Shown here: positions 1-12,095 of the stretch, piece after piece | How positions within the stretch are numbered: position 1 is the first letter of the stretch | Layout of the letters: each line of letters begins with the position of its first letter | Source: Okamejei kenojei | Taxonomy: Eukaryota | NCBI GenBank assembly: GCA_035221665.1 | Contig: CM069141.1 | Location: 27,590,001 to 27,654,000, forward strand | Direction: 5' to 3' | DNA: 64,000 bases | Program-made: the position numbers and the translations under genes | Notes under the pieces: model-generated | Told to the model about the DNA's origin: nothing | Seen by the model: the letters and a program-made list of their open reading frames with translations, nothing else | The model's database searches: none

Positions 1-22
1 CAGAAGTGGGATTTGAACCCAC
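1..22 (+). other. tRNA-Leu(CAA)-complementary primer-binding-site sequence
   Basis: cagaagtgggatttgaacccac is the reverse complement (1 mismatch) of the vertebrate tRNA-Leu-CAA 3' region GTGGGTTCGAATCCCACTTCTG. It is the PBS type TGGTGTCAGAAGTGGGAT used by many fish Gypsy elements. The 5' part is cut off by the window edge. Confidence 0.7.
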
Positions 23-2352
23 TTTGGCATTAACTCTGCTAGTGAAGTATTCCAACGCACAATGGAACAATTATTTGCGGGATATCCGTGCGCCATCACT
101 GTCGATGAAATTCTCATTGCTGGATGCAACACGGCTGAACAAGATGCCAACTTGAAAAAACTACTAGATTGTGCCAAAGACATCCATCTCAAGCTCAACC
201 CTCTAAAATGCAAATTTTGTGTCAAGGAGATCAACTATGGGTCGGACACGTATTCACCATTGATGCCCTCAGATTAGACCCATCCAAGACCACTGCCATC
301 AACGAGATGCCAGCTCCCACTGACGTTACGAGTTTACATAGATTTCTGGGAATGGTCAACTACTTGGCGAAATTCATTCCCAACCTCAGCTAAATATCTG
401 CTCCCCTGTGACAACTGACTCACAAGAATACTGCCCGGTCCTGGTACCCACAACACCAGAGAGCATTTGAAATCCTCAAATTGCAATTGTCCAGTGCTCC
501 AACCCTCGCCTACTCGGCTTTGAAGTGACCGGTGACGCTCACGTGTGATGCATCCTAATATGGAATTGGTGCTGCTTGCCTACAGACTTCCACCGAAGAG
601 ACTGCAGACCTATTGCTTACGCCTCGTGCACCCTGTCTGAGACTGAACAATGTTATGCCCAGATTGAAAAGGTTTTTGCCTGCATGAAATTCAAGGACTT
701 TATTTTTGGCAAGTCCGTGACTGTTGAAACAGACCATCAGCCACTGGTCACCATTCTGAACAAACCGGCACACCTACAACGGATGATGATGCAGCTACAG
801 TGTTTCAATTTCACCATAGTCTCCAAAAAGGACAAGGACATGCACCTAGCTGACACGCTATCAAGAGTCCCACGTAAAACCTGCGAGCAACTGCCGTCAG
901 AACATGACCAGTTCACAGTAATGATGGTGTCGTATGTACCTACTGAATGCCTAAGCAGCCTGGCAGGGCACACGGCTGCAGATACAACTCTACAACTACT
1001 GTCCTCAGTCATCCGTCGTGGCTGACCGGATAAACAACATAGTGCCCCACTTGCAATTTGCCCATACTACCTGGTTCGCGACGAACTGGTGCTACAGGAC
1101 GTGGTCATAATCAAGGGTCACAAAGCATTCATCCCAGCTGTTCAACAGGACAAGTACTTTGACGCCGTCCACAGGGGCCACCCCAGTGTGGAAGTGACCT
1201 TACAATGAGCAAAGAGCAAGTTTTACTGGCCCGGGATGACCGAGTATATACGTGAAAAAGTTGAAGCCTGCACTGTCTGTAAGAGCCTAATGCCACACCA
1301 ACAGAAGCAGCCCTTGCTCTCACACCCTGTTCCTCCTCTGCTGTGGTCCACGGTCGCTACCGACATATTCGAGTGGCGTGGAAAACACTATCTGGTTCTC
1401 GTTGACTCATATTCGGGCTTGTTCGAAATCGACCTACTCCAAAACATCACATCCGATACAGTCATTCAAAAGCTGTCATGCCAGTTCTCCATACAGGGCA
1501 CCCCTGCACGCCTCCTGTCTGATAGCGGCAGTCAGTTCACCAGCCAGTGTTTCAAAAACTTTGCTAAACAATGGGATTTTCACCATGTCACCAGCAGTCC
1601 TGAATTTCCACAGTCCAATGGACTCGCAGAATGGGAGGTCCGTAGCGTTAAACGATTAATGGAGCGCTCACACCTTGCTAAATCTGATGTGTTCTTGGAC
1701 CTGCTCAACTTAAGGAACATCGCCTGTGACCCAATACTGGGGTCTCCAGCCCAATGCCTGATATCTCGGCAGACCCATGCTGCTCTGCCTGTGCCGCGGC
1801 AGCTGCTACAGGCACAGGTCCGTTCACCTGTTGTCCAGAAACAACTCCAACTGAAACGCAATGCACAGAAGCGATTTTTCGACAAGTCCAGCAAACCACT
1901 TAAAACTCTCTCCAGTGGGCAAGTTGTTCGCCTTCAGGCCGACAAGGGCTATGGCCATTTGGGTCACATCCACAGCCCTGCAAAAGAGCTGCGCTCGTAC
2001 CTGGTAAGCGCCGCTGGAGGAATTTTCAGACGCAAATGTTAACATCTCCTTCCTGTGAAGGAACCAGATCCTGCAGTTTAGTACCAGAAGCCGCGCATCC
2101 GATCTACCCTTCTACTTTCGGACTGTCTCTTCCCTCACGCTCTGCTGCTGCAGACCAACCATCGGCTATGCCCCCTACGCCCTCACCACAACGTTCGGTG
2201 CCCCGCTCATCGGCTTCACCGTGTTTACCCCCCGGGTCTCCAGTGCGCTCCCTGCATGGGTCCCCAGTTACTTCCCCGGTGAACGGAGGGGATGCGGATC
2301 TATACCGCATGCACGCGGGACGGGTTTGTAGGCCGCCCTTTAGATACGGAGA
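23..2352 (+). mobile_element. Decayed Ty3/Gypsy LTR retrotransposon pol (RT C-half, RNase H, integrase)
   Basis: RT motifs FGINSASEVFQR and VDEILI (YxDD degenerate), FLGMVNYLAKFIPNLS. RNase H motifs TCDAS, IAYAS, YAQIEK, ETDHQPL, ADTLSR. Integrase zinc finger (GHP..C..C) and DDE core (ATDIF, VDSYS, SDSGSQF, PQSNGLAE), then a Pro-rich tail with GRVCRPP. Many stops and frameshifts. Confidence 0.95.
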
Positions 2353-2462
2353 TTTGACAGGATTTATATATGTATGTGCTATAGTTGGCATGATATGGTG
2401 TGCCATAGGTCCTGTATCTCTGGTGCGTAACCCTATGACTCCAAAATATTTCTTCAGCAATT

Positions 2463-2748
2463 AGGCAGCTCAATGGTGCAGTGGTAGAGTTGCTGCATTA
2501 CAGCTCCAGAGACCTGGGTTCGACCCTGACTACAAGTGCTGTCTGTACAGAGTTTGTACATTCTCCCTATGACCGTCTGGGTTTTCTCTGGGTGCTCCAG
2601 TTTCCTCCCACATTCCAAAGATGTGGCTAATTGGCTTCTGTAAATTGTCCTTAGTGTGAATGATAGAACTAGTGTACGGATGATTGCTGATTGGGGCAGG
2701 CTCGGTGAGCCGAAGGGCCGTTTTTTTCACTGTATCTCTAAACTAAAC
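2463..2748 (+). mobile_element. tRNA-derived SINE (HE1/V-SINE type)
   Basis: A box tggtgcagtgg, B box ggttcgaccc, V-domain gggttttctctgggtgctccagtttcctcccacattccaaaga, (ctaaa)n tail. Confidence 0.85.
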
Positions 2749-2795
2749 AATATATATTGCATGTCTGTAACATTTAACTTTCATTTAGCTCTAGA

Positions 2796-3138
2796 TCTAT
2801 AGAGGTATATAAAATTATGAGAGGCGTTAATAGGGTAGCCAATCAGAACCTTTTTTTCCAGGGTGGAAATGTCAAAGACCAGAGGATATAGCTTGAAGCT
2901 CAGAGGGAGATTGTTTAAATGTCGCCTATCTCCTTCGCTCCTTAGATGCTGCTGCACCCGCTGAGTTTCTCCAGCTTTTTGTGTAACCCTTGTTTAAAGG
3001 AGATGTGGGTGGCAAGCCTTTTTTTCACAGAGAGTGATGGTTGCCTGGAACGTGTTGCCAGGGAGCCGAGAGTTGTATTTAAGAGGCTTTTAGATAGGCA
3101 CATGAAATATGCAATGCATAGAGGGGTATGGATCACAT
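2796..3138 (+). mobile_element. CR1 LINE 3' fragment, with a Penelope-type repeat fragment nested at ~2921-2988
   Basis: gaggtatataaaattatgagagg...agagtgatggttgcctggaac...gaggggtatgga matches the end of CR1 ORF2 and the 3' UTR. Confidence 0.75.
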
Positions 3139-3140
3139 AT

Positions 3141-3608
3141 AACCATATAACCATATAACAATTACAGCACGGAAACAGGCCCTGTCGGCCCTTCCAGTCT
3201 GTGCCGACCATTTGTTTTCCCCTAGTCCCATCTACCTGTACTCAGACCATACCCCTCCATTCCCTTCACGTCCATATACCTATCCACTTTACTCTTAAAT
3301 GTTAAAATCGATCCTGCCTCCACCACTTCTGCTGGAAGGTCATTCCACACAGCCACCACCCTCTGAGTAAAGAAGTTCCCCCTCACGTTACCCCGAAACC
3401 TCTGTCCCTTAATTCTCATGTCATGCCCTCTTGTTTGAATCTTCCCTACCCTCAATGGGAAAAACGTATCCACGTTAACTCTGTCTATCCCTTTCATCAT
3501 TTTAAAGACCTCAATCAAGTCCCCCCTTAACCTTCTGCGCTCTAAAGAATAAGGACCTAACTTGTTCAACCTTTCTCTGTAACATAGTTGCTGGAAACCT
3601 GGCAACAT
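3141..3608 (-). mobile_element. CR1 LINE 3' fragment
   Basis: ORF 3222-3608 reads YSLERRRLRGDLIEVFK...FFTQRVV..WN.LP, the CR1 ORF2 C-terminus. Tail repeat (atatggtt)n. Confidence 0.9.
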
Positions 3609-3925
3609 ACTGGCAAAGGAGAATAGTTTAACCTGGCATTACATTCAGCACAAATGTTGTGGATCAAATGTTGTAGATTCTTGTCTATGTAAAATATTTA
3701 CACTATTTTTACCTATGATGTGCAACAATGTTGTACCTTGCAAAGATTTCGGCCTGGTTTACAGCATTAAGCTCTGACCTAATCAAGTTTGCGACTTCTC
3801 AAAATGCCACAAGATTTTCTGTTTAAAAATATCATTGATTCAAACTGGCGCAAGGAGAAAAAATATTTTAATGAAAATGTGACTGATTCAGGACTTTGCC
3901 TCTTTATTCAATTCATCCACACTTA

Positions 3926-4673
3926 AGGGGCTGTCCCACTGCAGCGACCTAATCCGCGAGTAAAGAAGAGTGCCTTCGACTTTCAAGCTCGAGGGCACTT
4001 GCCTGGAAAACCTCGAGCTGGATCAACCGTCCGCGTTGAAACCGCAAGCTGGAGCGACCGACTGCTCACACACGCACACACACACACAAATACATCGTAA
4101 AGGCGGGGGCCGGCCAGGGAGAGCGGGGGAGCGCTGTCTGAAATTCACGCCAGCGATGAACAGGAAGTAAACGGCTGCCACAGTGCACGGTAAGTCCTTT
4201 TGAGAGCGGAGAGTGGGGGGGGGGGGGGGGGGGGGGTAGAGAAGGAGAGAGGGGGGGGGGGAAGAAGGAGTGGAGACACTTTTAAGAAGTATAATAACGT
4301 TTAGCGAGCATTTTATCTTCCAGTCGGGTTTCCCTAGTCCTGAAAACTCCAATGAGCCAATGAAAATATTCGGTCAGCAAAGGAGATTGCCTATGGCTGC
4401 CCTCGACTGCCTGTAACTAAATAGCAACCCCACTCCACTGCACTACGAGTCAAAAAGAACCATGTCGACCAAATTTATTCGCGAAAATGTTATCAACATG
4501 CTGTAAATTTTTCAGCGACGTAGCTGAGGCCATGGGTATTCGGGAACTTCCCTCAAGCATGAAGGAGAGTTCCAGTGACCTCACAGGACCTCGTGTCAAC
4601 CATGCTGCGAGTTTGAGTCAAGGGCAAACTCGTCTAAACGCACATATTAGGTCGCCGCAGTGGGACAGTCCCT
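3926..4673. mobile_element. Non-autonomous PIF/Harbinger DNA transposon (MITE)
   Basis: ~28-bp TIRs aggggctgtcccactgcagcgacctaat / attaggtcgccgcagtgggacagtccct. TTA target duplication at 3923-3925 and 4674-4676. No transposase ORF. Confidence 0.85.
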
Positions 4674-5679
4674 TTAGAACCCACTTTTGCCAGACGATAT
4701 AAATTGGTCTTGATTCTCAATGATTATTTATAATATGACTGCAAAAGAGAATTATGATTAATAACTCACATTACTAATCATATTAAATATCAAAGGGCAA
4801 AATTACAATGGCAATTTCATTGATAGGCATTTTTGTATTAGATATTGTCTTTAGCTCAAGATCATTAGAGACAGACCTCAGGTACCCTGCTAATTTGAAA
4901 GCATTATCCTTATCCAATATCCATCTGAATGCTCACACCACACAGGAATTATAATTGATGGGTATTGTGACCTTAGATGATTTGTCATGTTTTCCCTTGA
5001 CTTTACAGATTGGTTGTTCTTAAATTAATGCTCTCAAATGTTCTGATTATAAGAAGCCTGTAAGGTCATTCCATTGTGCTGCCGTTGCCTTGGAAAATTG
5101 TGTAGTTTAAATCCTATCTATTGCCATCATCCACATTAATTTCTGAAAATCCATTGTCTCAAAGAATTGCAATTATGTAAGCAATGTTTATTCATCTGTT
5201 TTTCTTTGATTCATTAAATACCAATTCAAAACATCTTTGTTCTGTATCTGCACTGAATACTACAACAATAATATTATTTGATGCATAAGAAACAGTGTGA
5301 GCATGCATTATGTGTGCAGGTAGATACAGAAATGCCTTAAGAGGCATACATGGCTTCATACTGTGGAAGGAAAACTAACAGATATACACCCGGAGCAAAG
5401 GTTGCTGTTCATCAAGAACATGCATTTGTTACAATTCAAAGCAAAATAAAATATATTCTACTATCTTAACAATTTGACTAAATTTTGCTTATTGCTAGCT
5501 TCCTTTTCTCAATTATATTGTGCAATTTTACAGAAAAATAAATGCCTCAAAGACATTCTATAAAAAAATATAATTTCCATCAAAGCAAGTGAAAATACTT
5601 AACTCAGGCAGCTGATTTTGTAATCTCTTACATTAGGATACATTTTTAGCAGTGCACGAGAATTGTTGATTTCCATTAT

Positions 5680-5808
5680 AGAACCATAGTGTCTCATAGT
5701 TTGCAAATACACCCTTTGGCTCACTGAGTCCATGGCAACCATCAGTTACCCATTTATAATTAATCTTACACAGATCCCACTTTCTTCTCACAGCATCTCT
5801 ATCAAAGC

Positions 5809-5850
<42 letters not shown>

Positions 5851-6025
5851 GATTTTGCCACACTGCTATACATTAGGGCCAATAACCAACCAAACTGATA
5901 TTATTTGAGAAGTGGGTGGAAACCAGAGGACTGAGAGAATACCCACACAGTCACAAGGTGAATACACAAACCCCGGGTACTGCAACTGTGAGACATGGGG
6001 TATATCAGTGGTGTCACTGTGATGC
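5680..6025 (-). mobile_element. Degraded tRNA SINE (V-SINE type) interrupted by a poly-C tract
   Basis: gtggaaaccagag...acccacacagtcacaagg is the reverse complement of the V domain. Poly-C run at about 5812-5842. Confidence 0.55.
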
Positions 6026-6404
6026 CCTTTTATTTAGTCCTATTCTTTTACATTTCGTTCCAACCTCTTTCTCACAGCCATCAACTTCCAGTTGTCCTGC
6101 CACCCACTTACACGGGAGTCAATTTACAGTGTAGAAAGGAACTGCAGATACTGGTTTAAACCAAAGATAGACACAAAATACTGCAGTAATTCAGTGGGAC
6201 AGGCAGCACGTGGGGGGTGTCAGGGGTGAGACTGGAGAACCTGAAGGCAACATTATATGGTCAGGTGGCGAACATGGAAACTTCACACTGGCAACACTGA
6301 GTTCAGGATTAAATCCCAGTCTTTGGAACTGTGAAGCGGCATCACTAATTTAATGTTCCAATGTCTCCAGTTTTAACACTTGTAGTTACAAAGCACTGGG
6401 GTGT

Positions 6405-6690
6405 GTTAGTAGTAGTTATCCAGGGATCTAGACTGAAAATCCAAATATATTTATTAAAATCCCACCATGACAGATGTGGAGTTACAAATCAGAAATTTGG
6501 AACATAGTCCAAATAATAATGAACTCGAAAGCTATAGGATTGTTGCAAATACCATCTATTGCACTAATGTCTTTCAGTGGAGAAACCTATCATCTTCACG
6601 TGGTCTGGGCTTCATGTGCTATGTTATTGTCGTCGAGTTATGTCATTGATGCATAAATGCCTTCTGAAATGGTCAAGCAAGTCAATTGTG
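6405..6690 (+). mobile_element. Old chondrichthyan tRNA-derived SINE
   Basis: aaatcccaccatgacagatg...ttgttgcaaataccatctattgcactaatgtctttcagtgg...tggtctgggcttcatgtg resembles an abundant shark SINE as I recall it. Not verified by search. Confidence 0.5.
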
Positions 6691-6918
6691 CCACTGCATT
6701 CTGAAGAGATTATCTTGTGTGGACAATTAATGTAGGTGTGATTTTTTTAAATTCTCAAAGTGCTATTGTGATTGTAATAGGACAAAGATAATAATGAACA
6801 TTGACATCAGTCAACAATTGATATTTTGGGATGATTTATAGCCCTTGTTGACTCTATCCATCATTAGACATGAGAAATTGGGGATCAAATTAAAGGTACA
6901 AATAACTGAACCACATAT

Positions 6919-7056
6919 AAGTAGGAAGGCACTGCAGATGCTGGTTTAAACCTTTACAGTCTGAAGAAGGGTCTCGACCTGAAACGTTACCCATTCTTTC
7001 TCTCCAGAGATGCTGCATGCCCTGCAGTTACTCCAGCTTTTTGTCTCTAACTTTGG
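6919..7056 (+). mobile_element. Penelope-type short repeat with hammerhead core
   Basis: ctgaaga-agggtctcgacct-gaaacgtt at 6961-6988. Flanking direct repeat accacatat (6910-6918, 7057-7065). Confidence 0.75.
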
Positions 7057-7423
7057 ACCACATATGTGCCTTTTATATTTTAAACTGTGGAATTTAGCCC
7101 AAGGCTGTCACTCATAAAAGTCAGATGGGAACTAATTAACGTACCAAATTTATGTTCCATGCATTGCGAGGCTTCAGGGCGAAGCCCAATCCATACAGGA
7201 GGTAAAGAGCCATGCTGCCAGAGCAGTTTGTGCAGACCCAGCATTGTAGATGTGTCCCGTCAGATACATGATATCTCTTGGTGAATAAACTCTGACATTC
7301 CCTGGTATTCCGATTGAATCATTGGAGCTTTATCTTAAAGTTAACAGAGAGTGAAGTGAGTCGTTGGGTCAGATACTGTGTGATTTACAGCAGCAGGTCC
7401 ATGACCAGCTTCTAAAAATAATT

Positions 7424-7610
7424 CACGTTCATACGTTCTAGGAGCAGAATGAGGCCATTCGGCCCATCAAGTCTACTCCACCATTCAATCATGGCTGATC
7501 TATTTTTCCCTCTCAACGCCATTCTGCTGCCTTCACTCCATAACCCTTGACACCCTTACTAATCAAGAATGTGTAAACATCCTCTACACTTTCACTCTAT
7601 TCTGGCTGTT
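7424..7610 (-). mobile_element. CR1 3' UTR fragment
   Basis: ggagcagaatgaggccattcggcccatcaagtctactcc...ccccttgacacccttactaatcaag is the reverse complement of the CR1 3' end seen at 33.8-34.2 kb. Confidence 0.8.
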
Positions 7611-8154
7611 CCAATCTAAGCCCTCATCACTTCAAGCCTTCCTTTCCAATGGAATTGTTTGCTTATCATGTGTAACAACAAGTGAGTTTTGTATGCAGTG
7701 AACAGACCTGTGCTTACGTATTGATTTTTTAGGAGATCTGGTGCAGGAGAACAGCAAGGGCTGAAGGTTGTTCATCCTGCAAAAGATCAAAAGGCTGAAC
7801 CACAAAAGAAAATGTCCACTGTTAAAATGAGAAAACACAAATAGCACATAAGTAATACTTTAATTGTGATAGTGATGCAGCTTGCAGAGATGCGGGAGCT
7901 GAAATGTATAATAAATGTATCAAAATAAATCAAAGAAGTAATCAGCAGATGATCTTGAGTGAATTTCAACTGTCTGAAATGCACTTGATAAAACGACTTG
8001 AAAAAATAAAATACTAGGTTTCATTGGTAAAGAGGGTGAAAACGTACAAATAGTTATGGAAAAAAAAAGCTTCACAGAGATGAAAGTCAACACCAAGCAG
8101 TAAATAAAGTGGGAGGATGCAATTGAAGCTCACGGTCTTGTTGTCAATTAGTAA

Positions 8155-8619
8155 AGGGCCTGTCCCACCAGCATGCAACTCCATGCAATGAGCGCGACCT
8201 AACGTGGTCACTTGAGCCGTCCGGCGTCGCGGGGCCGGTCCCATTTCAATCGCCGAAGCCGTGCGGAATTGTGCGGAGTTCGTCCCGACATCACGCGGGG
8301 CTCCGTAAAACTGACCATGTTCAAAAATTACGCGCGGCAACGGTTTGTCGGCTTGCAGTCGCCTCGACGCATTACACACCGCCTCGACGTCATGCCTCCA
8401 TGAACCTCTCTGTAGGTGCCTCCGTGACCCTCTCTATGTGTGGCTCCATGGCCCTCTCTGTGTGTCCCTCTCTGTCCTGGCGAACTTACCTTTCAGACTT
8501 CGCTCCAAGTTCGCCTCACTTTGCGCCGCGTTGTGCCACTCACCCGACCTCCGCGCGGCCCCCGCTGTCGGTTTGGTCGCGCTCACCGCATGGAGTCGGA
8601 TGCTGGTAGGACAGGCCCT
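8155..8619. mobile_element. Non-autonomous PIF/Harbinger DNA transposon (MITE)
   Basis: ~33-bp TIRs agggcctgtcccaccagcatgcaactccatgc / gcatggagtcggatgctggtaggacaggccct. Flanks are TAA and TTA (TWA target). GC/CpG-rich interior with ccctctctgtgt repeats at ~8400-8475. Confidence 0.85.
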
Positions 8620-10367
8620 TTAGAATCGTACAGCACAGATGCATGTTCTTTTGGATTCTGAAGGAGTGGGCGACATCGCCCATTTTTCTCCTGACTTCCT
8701 ATTTCTTATCCATCATACAAACCTTTCAATCCTTTTCAATCTAAGGCTTTGATGACTTACTGAGCTGATTCATTTAATTTAACACCATTTCTATTCATAC
8801 CTGCTTTAGATAATTCTCATTCTCTTTTGCTTTTGCATGCCCCTTGTCCTCTTTATATTAGACTCTTTATGTTAGACTCCTTGCCCTCTTTATATTAGAC
8901 TAGTTGGTAGGAGGCCGCCCCATTGGAGCTCGGTTGTTAAATTTGGCAAAATCTTCACATTCTTAAACTAGCTCGATTTTCAGCAGATTTTAACTTCATC
9001 CACACCCTTCCCACAGGAATATTTATTCATGCAGCATGGGTGATTGCTGTAAGTAATAGAGTCATGCAATACAACAAATGTGCTCATAGTTGATGGTACA
9101 CGTACTGATCCAGGCACAGTGTTACATTATTGAGAATGAGCAAAGAATTCTGTTGTTCATTTTAGCTAGGCAAACCTCTGTTTATTCAGTAATATTTCAC
9201 ACCAATTATACTTATCAATTTCACAATGAACCATGATTTTTTTTTTAAATTCCTACTATCTCTTTGAAAGTGTTCTGATATCAAAATTGTTGGCTATCGA
9301 AAATTGACAATGATAAATCCCTGTTGATGTTGATTTGAGGGCAGTACTTGGAATTATTCTGGGAGATTCAGGTTGGCAGGTGGCAGTGGGGAGTACAATG
9401 GATGTAGGTGGTGGGAAATGCCGTTCGGCAAAATAATCATGAGTAACAACGAGTGAGTTTTGGATGCAGTGAACAGAGTTGCTGTATATGACTCCAGAAT
9501 TTCAATGGCACGTGTAATAACCACATGCCAGACCGGAATAGGCTTCAATATACTCAACAATATGTCTCTGAAACTCCCTTACAAGGCAATGCAATGGCAA
9601 AGTCAGTATGGGTGGGAACTTCCTATGCAATGTACTGGCTTCCATTTTACAGGGCTTTCTATGCCACCTCTACCTGCCTCTGCTCACATGCCTATTCATA
9701 CAGACATTTCAGAGTTTCTATTTAAGATAAGCAGGATGCTGATTTCTATTCAGGATGACGTGATTAATGGTGCATTGTTATCAAGGCTTATGCTTAATTC
9801 TATCTTGCATTAGTCTCTTGAGTCATCAAATAAATGAAAAGATATACCACTGCAACAGAGGTTAAGATTTGTAGCTTCCTTGCTAAATGCATTTAATATC
9901 AGACAGGGTGTTATGATTAGGTGATGAGACAGGGTTTGAGTTAAAGAGGATTTGAAGAAGGTGGCAAAGAGAAAGAGAAGTGACAACAGATCTCTACACT
10001 CTTCAATGAACTCAGACTTTCAACTCTGCCATCTCCAACACTGGCCATCTCCTGCCAAAATACCAGTGGTAGCCTCTCCAGCAGATGTGTGGGTTAAAAG
10101 TGCAAGAGGACTATTGGCTGTCACTCTGGTTGCTGGGAAGCATATTTTATGACAAGATAGTACCATAGAAGTATCTCTTCTGGGGAAATGTTTTCAAGTT
10201 GCCTCAGTTTATGCTAGATTACCACAGTGCATTTATTAGTAAGAAACAAGAGCAAATTTGTTGAAGCGGGGACTTCCAGCTTTTCATTGTGTAAATGCAA
10301 GCAGAAGAGGCAGAGATAATAATTATTTATCTACAAATTGAGCTTGTTTATGTGTATCTGAACAGAC

Positions 10368-10622
10368 CATAAGACTATAAGACCTCAGTAGGAGCAGAAT
10401 CAAGTCATTTGGCCCATCAAGGCTGCTCAGCCATTCGATCATGGTTGATCTATGTTTCCCCCTTTCTCCTTCCTTCTTCCCATAACCTTACTGCCCTTAC
10501 TAATCAAGAACCTATCAATCTCCGCTTTAAAAATAAGCGGAGATTGATAGGCTCTTGATTAATAGAGGCTGTGCCACTATTCCACTACTAGAAACATCCT
10601 CTTCACATTCACTCTATCCAGA
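10368..10622 (-). mobile_element. CR1 3' UTR fragment with internal fold-back inversion
   Basis: ggagcagaatcaagtcatttggcccatc... matches the CR1 3' end. Inverted duplication at 10501-10561. Confidence 0.75.
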
Positions 10623-11776
10623 CCTCAGAAACAGAAACATCAGGAAAAATGACAAGGATATTTATCTTTCTTGCAGTGTTGGCAAGGTCATTACATCTCT
10701 TACTGCACAGGAATCAGGTAAATGTACTTGATTTAGAGACCATGCCATGTCTGTTTATCGGGTATCTTATAAACATCTCCAAGAAGAACAATGCATTCCT
10801 CTTCCCCACAGAGCAAAACTAGACTTGTGGAAATGTTTACATATGAATAGGATACCCATTGGGATCCATAACTACATGAGAATTCACATGGGTTTTCAGT
10901 GTTGAATGACAAAGAACAACAATAATATTCCTATTTCTTCCACCTCAGGTAAAGATTCAGTGATTATTAGGCAATATTCTGAATCAGTTGCAAAAATTTT
11001 ATCATGTGATCCATAGATCTATGCTGCTACACCAATAGATGGCAACATTGTACTATGTAATCTTTATGCTATGGATTATTGGTGACATTTTAACTGTAGA
11101 ATCCTAATTTTCAATGATAATTTGGTGTGGTCAAAAAGTCAAATTCTTTCCAAAATATTAACAAATTGTCCTAAACAACTTGATTGACAAAATACACCAT
11201 TGTTCTTTACACCTTCTTTGATGCTTCTCAAATTCCTTAGATTCCTCTGAAGACCCGAAAAGTCACCCATACCTTCTATCCAGAGATGCTGCCTGCCCGC
11301 TGAGTTACTCCAGCATTTTGTGTCTATCTTCCTCAGATTACATTCTGCTATCTTAGATTAGAATTGTAAGATCGTTGCAACAATCTATTTTAATCTATAT
11401 AATTTAGACATTGTATTGCTCTGCTAGTTATTGTAATTTCTCACCAGATAATTCTGCACCTTCAACTAAATTATTCTCAATGTACATTTTTTATAGTTTC
11501 AAAATTTTGTTCTTTGCCAAAATCCACAATAGTAAGTATTTCTAAACAATATTACCCTTTTTTTCTGCACAAAGCAGATATTAATTCATTATATGCTAAA
11601 TCCCATACTAAATGTACTGGGTAGAATTATTTTCTGCTGTGGTTCATTGTTTTATACTGAATGACCAGAATAAGCCTTAATATCTTTGAATTTCATACTT
11701 ATGTTTCGAAAGTAAATTAACAGGTACTCTAAACTCCATGGCCCATCAAAGCTTTGTTCACAAGTAATATTTGGCT

Positions 11777-11914
11777 AGTGTAAGAAGGAACTGCAGATGC
11801 TGGTTTAAACTGAAGATAGACAGAAAAAGCAGGAGTAACTCAGCGGGACAGTCAGCAGCAGAAAGGGTGACTGTTTGGATCGAGACCCTTCTTCAGACTC
11901 GGTAGAATCTAATC
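11777..11914 (-). mobile_element. Penelope-type short repeat with degenerate hammerhead
   Basis: gaaggaactgcagatgctgg...gagacccttcttcagact. 12-bp direct repeat taatatttggct (11765-11776, 11915-11926). Confidence 0.75.
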
Positions 11915-12095
11915 TAATATTTGGCTCAGCGAAATTTAATGTCCCAAAGAAATAAGTGAGGAATTCACCTCAATCATAGATGCATACCACATAGAAACAG
12001 ACCATTCGGCCTGCCATGACCATTTTCACCATTGTACTTATCTGCACTAGCCCCATCCAGCTACATTTAGTCTCTAATCTTTTTCTGCCTTGACA

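Noticed and set aside
1236-2042. 268-aa integrase ORF as a domesticated gene
   Set aside because: It is embedded in a pol riddled with stops and frameshifts and shows no sign of separate conservation.
2463-2535. tRNA gene-like A/B boxes (also ~27910 and ~24050)
   Set aside because: They are SINE heads continuing into the V domain and tail, not stand-alone tRNA genes.
5812-5842. Long poly-C/poly-G runs (also ~4215-4260 and ~29174-29193) as functional G-quadruplexes
   Set aside because: They are homopolymers inside repeats, their length is unreliable in assemblies, and nothing else supports a function.
10934-10955. Recursive-splice-like tttcttccacctcag|gtaaag
   Set aside because: The donor deviates from GURAG and there is no evidence for host transcript orientation.
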